This document shows positions 52,745 through 63,470 of a DNA stretch of 64,000 bases, piece by piece. The notes under the pieces were generated by a model, which searched no databases, was not told the DNA's origin, and saw only the letters and a program-made list of their open reading frames with translations. The stretch is from Dimorphilus gyrociliatus (lineage: Eukaryota > Animalia > Annelida). The stretch's first letter is position 1, and the number at the start of each line of letters is the position of its first letter. A program made the position numbers and the translations under genes. The DNA lies in assembly GCA_904063045.1 (NCBI GenBank), contig CAJFCJ010000005.1, forward strand, positions 3,590,165 to 3,654,164, read 5' to 3'.

Positions 52745-55700
52745 ATGCTGAATTCTTTGCTGGCTAAGCTGTCTACTGCAATCGTTTTATTCCATTGTGT
52801 CTTATCAGTGACAAAAGGTAGGATATTTTCCTTTTTCGTGTCTAATCTAAATGTTTATATGTCGAAAGCGAAACAGACACGTAAGAGTTTGTAATACACA
52901 ATCATCGAGAAATAATAGGATTACATCAGCTCTTACACCAAATGTCGATTTTAGCCTCTTTTTTCTCTCTTTCTGCTAATGTTCACTTATACAAACGAAA
53001 ATATGCTTGCGTCTCGAGTATACATTCATTATCCCTTGTCAGATGTACTTTATAACGGAAGTTCGGTTCTAAAGCATTTCCTGTCCAGTTTGAAACTGTC
53101 TCACGCAAACCTCTGCAAAACTATTCCGTATTCATGAGGTATACCTGCACGACTACGGCGCCAGTTAGACGGCATTTAGCCTATATTTTTTACAATGATA
53201 CAATGTGTACGTAATGAAGCGTTTTTTATACATACAATATGCGTGCAATCAATGCAATAAACTGCAAATTACATTGAAATTTCTACGCAAAGACTATAAA
53301 TTTGCCCTATCTAATTAGTGCATAAAACGCTTTGTTTTGTTGAATTCCTCCCACTGTCTTCGGTTACAAAGTGTGCAATTTATATCTTTGATAGTCTTGA
53401 CAGTAGGCCAAACAGTTTATTTATTAGTATGAATTTTAGCAGCTATGAATAATTTGTGACGTATTAGTGCAGTAAATTTCAACTTTCTAGTCCCTATTCC
53501 AAACCTAATGCTCATAAGAGGAACGCCTATAGACTAAAAGACAAAAAGCAGGGAATTAGGCGGCGGTAGGTTCAAACGTTATTTTTTTACGCTGGAGACT
53601 AGCTCGTTAATGTTTTATATACTGTGTATATATATATGAATATACGTAAATGTATGCTATATATATATTCTGTATAAGCGTTGAAATAAAACATAACCGC
53701 TTATAATGTAAAGATAAATAAAGTATTCAACATAGACAAGGATTCCCTCAATTATCTTTATTATATTTTGAAATGCGAAAAAGTAAAGAGCATGGTCTAT
53801 TCTATTAATATAATATGTTTATAATACATGTACATACATGTATATTACCATATATAAATCTATCTATATATATATATATATATACATGTTGGAAGAAACG
53901 CTTAATGTTGCAGAACAGAGACTTATAGAGACGCTCTGTTAGCTCCTGTTAGGATAAAGCAAAAAAAAAAGCTGTATTAAAAAAAATTTTTTTTGAGGGA
54001 GGGGGAGGGAGGTGGAGGGGTGGTGGTAGGAGATTTACAAAAGAAAAAGAAAAAAGCTTTATAATCGCTTTTTATTTCTCTTTTCTCTTAAGTCTTCGAT
54101 TTGTCTTTATCTTTCTCATTTTTTTTTTAATTTTAGCAGACAAACTCAAGGATTTGTCTGTTGTAAAGCGAGTTTTTATTTTATATACAACTCCCGTTGG
54201 TAAAAAAAAAAAGCGCAACCCATTTGCGATGACATTAAATCGTAATTAGCGTAATGTCACTCGTTCCGAGAGATTCTTTCTATTCTGTCTCTTTCTTCGT
54301 CCCCTCCATTTTATCCGACTTCTATCCCTCCCTCCCGACCTTCTTAACAGTGGTAATTATTCAAAACTTTGCATTCGGATGACGGATCTGGTTTTTGTCT
54401 GATGCACGCGATTATTTTAATTAAAAGGGAAGTGTTTAAAAAAAAACAAGTTTCTTCGTGTTTTAATCTCTCCTTTCCCCGCCATCTTTACTACAGTCGG
54501 TTTGTTTGTCAAACTATATCGTTATTTTTGCACTTTACGTCTGTCATCTATTACTTAATTCCATTATATTTCGATGATTGCGTAATTTACATTACAGAAA
54601 TAATCAAGTTAATTCTTTGTCAGATATTGGAACCAGGCGGAAGTTGGTTGTAACAGCTGTAAAAGTAAGTAAGAATGATACATAGAAACTAATAAAAAGG
54701 GGAATTTTTAAGGGTTTTAAGGTTCTTTCGACCAATTGATTTTTTCTTAAGTTCTAATGCATTCCTTCCGGTCTATTCTCTTAACAGGAAGCACCTTATT
54801 TAGATACGACAACGTCGAACAGGACCTCAAGACGTTACGTAGGTTATATCCCGGAGTTGCTAGATCATTTAGCGGCTCGTTTAAAATTTGACTACGAAAT
54901 AAGACTGATAGACGAATACGGCTACTGCAAAAGGACGTCTAGCAGGGACAATTGCACGGTCGATAAGTGGAATGGTATGGTTAAAGAGATCCTTTATAAT
55001 GTGCGTATAAATTACTATAAAAAAATATAAATAAACGTACTCTATCTCCGATATCTATAAAAAAAAGGGTATCGATTAAAGATTACTGCTTAATTTTGCA
55101 GAAAGCCGACTTATCCGGACCGATGCTGATGACTAGAGAACGAGCAAAGTTTTTACAGTTCACGAGCGCCTTATTCTACGATACGGCTTCTGTTCTAATC
55201 CGCCGAGACGAAAGGGAAGATTATAACATTACACTAGCAACAGATTTATGGAAGAAGAGGAGATATTTAGCATTTGGTATTCTGAAATCAGGAGCTGAAA
55301 GTGTGTTCTTAAAGAGGCTATCAAGATCCAGTACGGCGTACAGAAGGTTATATAGCTATCTCAAAAAGCAAAGTCGAATGTGCACTTATTACAAAACGTG
55401 TCTAAGTAAAGTAATAACCGGTATAAGGACAAGGAGGAGGGGAAAAAGGATCGGATTCGCCTTCATACTTATCAGATCCAAAGCGGAATACGAAGCGTTT
55501 AACATAATTCGACGCTCGTTCGACAATAAGCCTCAATGCGATTTAACAGTTACTGATAGTTTCCTTTTTAAAATTCCAAGGGGACTTGCTGTAAGAAAAA
55601 ATGGGGAATTTTCGGAAAAAATTACTCAGGAAATAATTCAAATGGCAAAAGATGGCGTTCTTGCCAATTTATACGCTAGATGGTTCATTGGGTTAACCTG

Positions 55701-55905
55701 CGATAATAGTCTTATCTACCAAGAAAAAGTAAAAGAGAGATTACTAGATGACTATTTTACAGAATATTCTAATTCTATGGGAGAGAACGTTTTCGACGCC
55801 TTTACAAACAACACTCAAAAAATACGTTTATCAATAAGATATATATTATTGTGGTCTTCCTTAATTGCTTTAACAGTAAATCATTATTCACTTACCATTA
55901 TATAA
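52745..55905 (+). CDS. iGluR/IR-derived ligand-binding-domain-only protein (~376 aa, no pore region), exons 52745-52817, 54624-54664, 54788-55000, 55102-55905
   Basis: Exon 1 is signal-peptide-like (MLNSLLAKLSTAIVLFHCVLSVTK). S1 follows: RKLVVTAVKEAPY...YVGYIPELLDHLAARLKFDYEI...WNGMVKEILYNKADLSGPMLMTRERAKFLQFTS. S2 follows: DL...FGILKSG...CD...GLAVRKNG...GVLANLYARWF..C. The summed CDS is 1,131 nt and all phases match. The first exon assignment is less certain than the rest. Confidence 0.8.
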
Positions 55906-58071
55906 GGTAATACAAACAAACTGGTAAATATTTAAAAGTATCTAATCAACCTAATACAAAAGGGAATAATAGTTGTATATATATATATATATATTAAAAA
56001 AACACTACAACCAATACAACGCATTTTATTTATTGTATCTAATTAAATTCAACAGAAAAGAAAAATGGCTACTTTATTTTCTTAATAAAAAATATGGACA
56101 AACTACAAAGAAATGAGGATAGAAAGTAAAAGGATAATAATAACATATATTACATATATACAGAATATTCTATCCCTTTAAGATTCAATTCAATATTGTT
56201 TACTTCACTTGCTTCATTCACAGATTACAACAACTAAAAACATTATATTGATAATAACAAATTTCTTTAAGTATTCATAAAACTTGTTATTATATTATTT
56301 TCTGTCAATCTTTTTATCAGCTGTCATATTTTATTCAATATTTCGTTTTTCTTTTCTTCTCCTCTTTCTCCTTCCTCTCTCCCCCTTCTCCCTTTTTATT
56401 TGTCTCTATATGCTTTTCTATATTCTTATCACCTTTAGGCCTATTTACAATTAGGGAGAAAATTATGGAAAATTTCTGTCATCTTCTTTACGATGATTAG
56501 TATATGATTGATATCGTAGGGTAGCAGAATTTATTATGAGATGGAAGGATTTTACAATACGTTATTATATTTTGCTTCTATCGGTGAAGTTAGACTAAAT
56601 AAATTTATTATTCATTAATGAAATTAAGTTTAATTTATTCTGTGAGAAGTTTATTAATATCATAGAATACTAGATGAAAAACGTTTACATATATATTGCC
56701 TAAAAGCTTTCAATTGTTATTGGTTTCGTACTCTTTTTTAACCGTTTAACGTAACTTAAAGGATAATTGGAAAGATTAAGAATGGGATTATTTTAGAAGA
56801 ATTAGGGACGGGGAAAAAAACCCGTTAATATCCATTTAACAAGGTTTAGATGTTATATTTTAACTCACTATGAAATATTTATTAGAAAGATTCCTTTCTC
56901 TTATTTGCTTAGATATAGGAACGTAATCTTGAAAAAAAATATGTCTACAGATGAGATAAAGTATAATCCTTCCGTTAAAGAATCCCAACTAAGAATTGTT
57001 AACTTTTTTCTTTGTTTTCTCTCTCTCTTTTTCCTTTTGTCCAGTTTTCTCTTTTTTTTTTTTAATCTCTAATGTCACTCAACACACGAAAAGTAGACAA
57101 AGATATAGGTTTTTCTATCTTTTATGACTTTTATACGTTGTAAGGGATCTTTATCTTTCTTTAAATAATAATAGGTTTAAAGCATACATATTAAAAATCA
57201 TATTATATCATTTATATGACAATAAAGTTGTGAAGTTAAATATATCGCAAATATTTCTCTTTCTAAAAATATATAAAATCTGATGTAAAATACAATAATA
57301 TAGAAAACTGATCAGTCAACAATTGTATACAACTAAAGGAGCTATCTTTCTTTAACAGAGAATCATGGGGCAAGGTGTATACAATATCTATTTGAAATGT
57401 ATAAAGACTTATTGATTATATATATATCTATATATATATTGAAATTTGTATATAGACATATATAGATACATATATATATATATATTACATGTAAGTAATC
57501 TAATGTACAACGTTGAATTAAATAATCATTCAATCCTCAATTGATATTCTCCTCTCTTTTTTTCAAAATGTTTTATTAATCGCTTCTTTTATTAATAAAT
57601 ATATATTATAAATACATTACTTTTTATTTACTCTATGAAATAATATTAGACCATTTTATGATTATGGTTTATCTTTTAAACAAAAGTTGACTGTGCAAAT
57701 AATTATCTATTAACTGAAATTTTATATAAGCCTAGTATATTTTTTTTCGTTCTTTTCCTTCCTTCCTTCTCTCTCTCTCTCTATCTCCATCTATCTCTTT
57801 GTTTTTAAAAAAAAAACTGTCATAAAAAGAACATAAAAATATTTTTATAAATATTTACACTAGAGTTTAATAAATTTTATATTTTTTATTAATGTTTAAA
57901 AGAAAATCAGAAAAAGAGAGCAAATAGAAGAATGTTAACAAAATTTTGAAGAGAAAGGAAGGGAGTGAAAGAGGTAGAAGGTTTACAAAAAAGAGTAAAA
58001 AATAATAGCAAGACAAATCTAAAGGTGAAGAGAAAGATTGAAAAATTTCTCCGTCTTTTTTAAAACTAGTT

Positions 58072-59601
58072 ATGAGCTGTTTTAAAGTTATAATAACGCT
58101 TATAATCTTTATTATTATTGCAAAACAATTGATTATAATAAACAGGTAAGCAAGTAGATAAATAGTATTATATTTTAATTTATTAAAAAACCTAAAAACA
58201 CAAGAACAGTTTTTAGATAAAACAGATGTTACATAGCAATTTTATATATATAAATTATATATACTAATATAGAACAATTATCGATAACAAGGCTAATAAA
58301 AATCATGATATGTTAAACGCATGGGACCATGCAAAGAAAAGACTTAAAGATACGTTAAATCAAGTTGGAAAGAATTTTACAAATATTCCATTAGGGGATC
58401 ATTTATTATTATTTACGAAAAGAATTAGAGTTTTTGGTAAAAGCGCCATTGATTTCCTAGAAAGAGCCCTAAACTCTAATCAAGTAGTACCTTATATTTT
58501 CTATTATTATCTCTACTTTTGTTAACTGTTAAACGATTCGATTGATTTTTCTTTTAAAAAAATGATGTTTCGATTAACGAAGAAACGATAAAGGGTAAAG
58601 TAAAAACAAGTATTTAAGATAGATGGCGTATTGGTATATCGAACATCTTAGTCATCTTTCGAATCTTTTTTTGTTAACAATTTGTAAAGTTTTCATCACG
58701 AAATCAAAATAAACAGGTTTCACGTTCCTTGAGGGTTTTTGACGATTTCCTTTATAAGACTGCATCGAGTTTCAACTATTTTTTTAAGTACCTTTCTGAT
58801 TATATCAAAGTTTATAAAGAGCAAAAAACTAAAAGAATAAACGAGAGGGAAGCAGAAAGATATTACAATGAAAGAAGGAATATTGTTGGAGCGATTGCTA
58901 ATCCTTTTATAGGAATTGTACACTTATTGAGATATTTAAAAGATTATAGCAAAGACGAGATTAGATTGTGGAATTTTCGTCGGTATCCTAACCGTAATGA
59001 AGTCAAGAGGAAACATAGCAATGCCTACCGTTCCTGTCAAGTCATATTGAATTGTAAGTTTAGATTACCCTATAATGTAAATATTACGAATGGACAGCAT
59101 TATCTGAAATTTTTCTACTAGGCCCATTTTATTTGGTAATCAAAATGCCTCTGACAACTTCAGGGCCAATTGTCTGGGTCAGATTATGCAATTCACGTAC
59201 CTGGATATGTTTTAGGACATATATATTAGTTTTTATAACATTATCAACCATCCTTTTTTCTATTAATAGCTTGCAGAAGAGTTCTAATTTTCTGTGTAGA
59301 AAGGATTCTACTCCTTAGTGCTATAGCATTGAGCTTACTCGTCTTCTTCAAAGTCGTTTCACCAAAAAATTGCAAAGCTTCACATCAAAGTTTAAAAAGA
59401 AGACCCATCGTAACAACCAGAATAAGAATTCATTACGGATGCAATGATATTAATGGTACAACGGTTCACCTAGTTGAGGGGGAGGGTCATAAAACACGAA
59501 TTTATGTTGAAGATATTTCCAGAGCTGGCAAACATTCTCAAGTGATAAAATATTATCGTGTGGTGAATGTCCTAGATAACGAAAGCGAAGATATTGAATA
59601 A
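58072..59601 (+). CDS. Candidate uncharacterised secreted or membrane protein; tentative exons 58072-58145, 58273-58483, 58717-59053, 59122-59196, 59270-59601
   Basis: A hydrophobic N-terminal exon (MSCFKVIITLIIFIIIAKQLIII) with a strong donor (cag|gtaagc) is in phase with the next open exon. Further open segments are separated by intron-sized AT-rich gaps, and the last has a hydrophobic stretch ILLLSAIALSLLVFFKVV. The 3' junctions are ambiguous and this could be two genes. Confidence 0.45.
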
Positions 59602-60126
59602 CATAAATCAACTATTCTATTTAACTCGTTTGAACAATCTATTTAAAAATGTAGTCTCAATTTCTCTTAGCTTTAAGAGTCCTTAATCGAATCTTATTAG
59701 AAAAAAGCACTTCATAAATTCATTTATACTATTAATCAGAGAAAAAATATGTTATTCCCCTGAAGTTTATAAGTGAAAGTTTATATTGAGATCTCAGCAG
59801 GGAGCGCGATTTCCCCAAACCAACACTAGGTGACTCTTGTTCTTCCAAATACGATCCTAGTATCTTAGGCACTGGGTAAGGCGAATTCAATTTGGGCGTG
59901 AGTTGCGCGCTCTAATTATGTTCAATAATATTCGACGAACAGACATATTGTTATAGGAATAATAAAAAGCATTTTAGTCAAATTTCCCCGTATTCTATTG
60001 ATAACAAATTATGTTGAAGGAGCCCTACATATATATATATGTCAACCCAGCAAAAAAGCCGCCAGGTGAAGGGGGGTTAGGCAGTAGAGAATTTGAAGCG
60101 GGCGGGGGGTTAAAACTTTTAATATA

Positions 60127-60708
60127 ATGGAATCGCCCGTAACGCGCAGAACAACCGAACAGTTCGTATTCTGCTATGAAATAAGAATGTTAAACCAGCA
60201 CGCTTCTCTCCTTTTTCTTATTGGTCAAATATATTATTTAATACATACAAGGTAAGCTCTATATGATTAAAAATAGAATAAATTTATAGTATACACAGTA
60301 CACTGAGAATACCATATTCTCTTAAAACTTTGTTTTTGTTTAAAAAGCTAGCTTAAAAAATACTTTTATATTTAAATATAAAACTTTCCTTGTCTTCTGT
60401 ACGCTTAGTTCACAGTCTACTTATTACATTTGAACTAATTTGCCTTTTTTTTCTTTACTCCCCTTTATCGTATCGTACATTTTAGCGAATCAACTGCTAA
60501 TGCACCAGGTGATTGTGGAGAACAAAGAAACGCTTATCCCACAGCTATAGAAATGCTACGAATACAAACTACGAAAATGTGTAGAAGATACTATATAATA
60601 CTGTTTACCGTACTATTACTTCTTACTATTTTAATTGTACTACAATGTGTTCAAATAAAATTGGATAGACGGTGCAAACAAAAATCTTTCGACGTTATCG
60701 TTGTTTAA
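60127..60708 (+). CDS. Candidate small single-pass membrane protein; exons 60127-60251 and 60486-60708 (or a 51-aa product from the internal Met MLRIQ...)
   Basis: Donor aag|gtaagc and acceptor tttag|c are phase-compatible. Exon 2 encodes MCRRYYIILFTVLLLLTILIVLQCVQIKLDRRCKQK, a strong TM helix with basic flanks. It is absent from the ORF track. Confidence 0.42.
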
Positions 60709-61358
60709 CGATTGAAAAACAAACTTATTAACGAACTGCTAAAGGAGTTTTTGGGAGGAGGAGGAGGAAAAAAACACTTTTAGTTTGTATACTTTAAATT
60801 TATTCTTTTTTTCGTATTTAGTCAAGTGGTTGAAAGCCAAATAAGAGTGTGTTGTTTATTACAATTCGCAAGTAGTCCTGAAAAAGGATAAGAAAAGTTA
60901 AAAACTTTGTATAACAACAACTTGCATCTTATAAATTCTGTGTTAATGTTTATTGTTTGATTTGTTTTTTTTTATACATATAGATTTTATTTATTAGTAA
61001 TAAAACATAGACAAATAAGATATTACTCTTATCTTTTCTTATTCTTCATCTGGCTCATTTTCAACCATGTATATTACATAGAGCATTTATCTGTACCTAT
61101 ACAATAATAAAAGTTTATACACACTGTACTATCTGTATTTGTAATTCGATAGAGCTTTAAATTCCATTAAAATTTTCATCTTAAATTATCAATGCAATTG
61201 AAGAGAAAGACTATCCAGAAAGGGAATATATCAACTTTGTAAATATTTACTTTATTTTGAAATATTATCGAGTGATAAATTTTCAAAAAAATATTGAATA
61301 TTTGTAGTTTGATTGTCGTCATCAATTCTATTAATTTTTTCATTATAAAACTATCTAA

Positions 61359-61974
61359 ATGACAAACGCCTACGCCATCTTGTTTATTCTATCTATTCAA
61401 TGGATAAGACACTTAAGAGAGGGGTGTTTAATTGACAAGTTAGTTATAAAGAAATATAAAATTCGTTTTATATAGTAATATATAAGTGTAAGTGCGATTT
61501 GTTTTCTAGCCAAAAAGTATTAGTTAGAGTGAAAACTAGAGATTTTGCACAATTAGATCCATTCAACATCTTTTATTCTCAATACGAAATCGAATCAGAT
61601 GATTATAACAGTGAATTATGGAAAGTTCATTCTAATTTACTTCTTTTATCATTGATGTCAATACTATTGCTACTGTTGGCCTACTTTTCGCTAAGATACT
61701 GTTACATTCGAAAGGCCGAAAAGAGCAAGGAAAAGAAGCTGGGTAGAATTCTATTGAGATATTTATATACCTTTCAATTTTCCCCATTTTTTACAAATAT
61801 ACTCTTTAAAGTTTCTATTTTAATAACTCATTAGATTCGAATAGGGAGACACCAACAAAGAGTTTACAGATAAAGGTCAGACGTAGAAAAGGTATAATAA
61901 CCGGTGTTTACACTTCAACAAATAGCGGAAGAACATGGAAAGCATACACACCTAGATATATATATAAAAATTGA
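61359..61974 (+). CDS. Candidate uncharacterised type I membrane protein (~150 aa), exons 61359-61438, 61510-61742, 61835-61974
   Basis: Two GT..AG introns (71 and 92 bp) have matching phases. The product has a hydrophobic N-terminus (MTNAYAILFILSIQW), a short acidic ectodomain, a TM helix LLLLSLMSILLLLLAYFSL and a basic cytoplasmic tail. Confidence 0.6.
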
Positions 61975-62378
61975 TACTAAATGAATAAAATTGAATTTGT
62001 CTGTAATAAGTGAAATTATAAAGAGAAATATAAAAAAAAGTGGAAATAAAATCTTAAATATTGTTACATAAAACTGTATATACTATTATTAGTTTGGCAA
62101 GGCTATTGCACACTTTCTATACAGAACATTACCTTAGAATCGTAGTACAATTATTATTTTATCAAATTGATAATTGTTCACAATTTATATACTATAAAGG
62201 AATATAAAACATTTTCATTCTGGGGAAGTTTCGAATGAATATGACTAATAAACTATTATAATCGCTATCTATATATAGATTAAGGCTTTTAATGGATGAG
62301 TAAAAATTCGTGCCATATGTATATTCTGTCAAGAGTTTAAGGGAACTGCCCTTCTTTTGTCTATCATATATTTATAGA

Positions 62379-62870
62379 TTAAGAATACAAGATTTTCTCA
62401 TGAATTAGCATTTCGTTAAATTCACGATCCTCCCTAATATGGTTCCATATTAATTCGAACAATAGAAATTCAACATCGGCATCTTCGCAACATTCTCTTA
62501 ATAAATCTTCGTCCGCTTTTAATTCAAAATTACATTGACGCTTTTGTTCTTCAATGGAAATGTAATCAGGATGTGGCCATCTTTCATCCGATCCTACACT
62601 ATAAGGTACAACGCCTCCGATATCAATCTTTCCCTGAGCAATTTCACAGTCTGTTGATGTGGAAACATCCGTCGTCCTACATAAATTTGATGTTATAAAG
62701 TTAGACTGGAAATATGATGGTTGTTGGTGTAGTATTGTAGAAAATTGTGGTTGTCTGACAAGAGAAAAGGGAAGTATATGGCCTGAGTTAGTCCTAATTC
62801 GAACCAAATGAATTGGATGACTAATCATTTTTCCAGGAAGAATGATTTTATCAGCAATTAAACGATTCAT
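62379..62870 (-). CDS. Uncharacterised ORF (~163 aa from ATG 62870)
   Basis: A long open frame in very AT-rich surroundings. The C-terminal part looks helical and acidic (WPHPDY...EDLLRECCEDADVEFLLFELIWNHIRED). No family recognised, and the 5' end is uncertain. Confidence 0.5.
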   Translation of the reverse strand: MNRLIADKIILPGKMISHPIHLVRIRTNSGHILPFSLVRQPQFSTILHQQPSYFQSNFITSNLCRTTDVSTSTDCEIAQGKIDIGGVVPYSVGSDERWPHPDYISIEEQKRQCNFELKADEDLLRECCEDADVEFLLFELIWNHIREDREFNEMLIHEKILYS

Positions 62871-63298
62871 ACCACACAAGTCTTAAGTTAGTTAGACAAC
62901 ATGGTAAGTCTTTGTTAAAAGAACAATCAATGATCACATTCCGTTTAAAAAACCTTCTATAATTCTAATAACGAAACGTCGTAGGACACAAAAAAAGTGG
63001 TTCTTTTCTTTTCTCTCTTTTTTTAAAGTAAATAGAGAAACGTCATTTATTCGAAAAAATTACGATTATTAAATGATCACATATATATATATATATATGA
63101 TTACACATATATAAATGTATACATATATATATATGATTCTTATGAATTTTCATTATTTAAATTATCAATATTTATTAATTTTTGTATAATATAATACAAT
63201 TGTTAATTTTTTTTCTTTTTGCATGCACGTGAAACAACATTTCCTAAAAATGTCTCTTATATTGACTTACAAGTATTAAATTTTTAACTTATTCCTTT

Positions 63299-63343
<45 letters not shown>
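63299..63343. repeat. (TA)n microsatellite
   Basis: Direct run. Confidence 0.9.
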
Positions 63344-63344
<1 letters not shown>

Positions 63345-63470
63345 AATATATTAAGTTATATACAATCAATTAAACTCTTTTTCTCCATACGACTTTTAAT
63401 TTTTTTCCCCTTCTTAGTCCTTCACAAAAGGCACAATCACAGGCGACTTCTGCGTATATAACAAATTACT

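Noticed and set aside
55102-55905. Horizontally acquired bacterial periplasmic amino-acid-binding protein (which also has contiguous S1-S2)
   Set aside because: The protein has eukaryotic iGluR signatures (WNGMV, the S2 Cys pair, the KW/RW..C end), spliceosomal introns and a host-like composition. Loss of the pore from an iGluR/IR is more parsimonious.
58551-58600. Extra exon (NDVSINEETIK) in the 58072 orphan model
   Set aside because: There is no AG acceptor before it, and its donor phase gives an early stop in the next exon.
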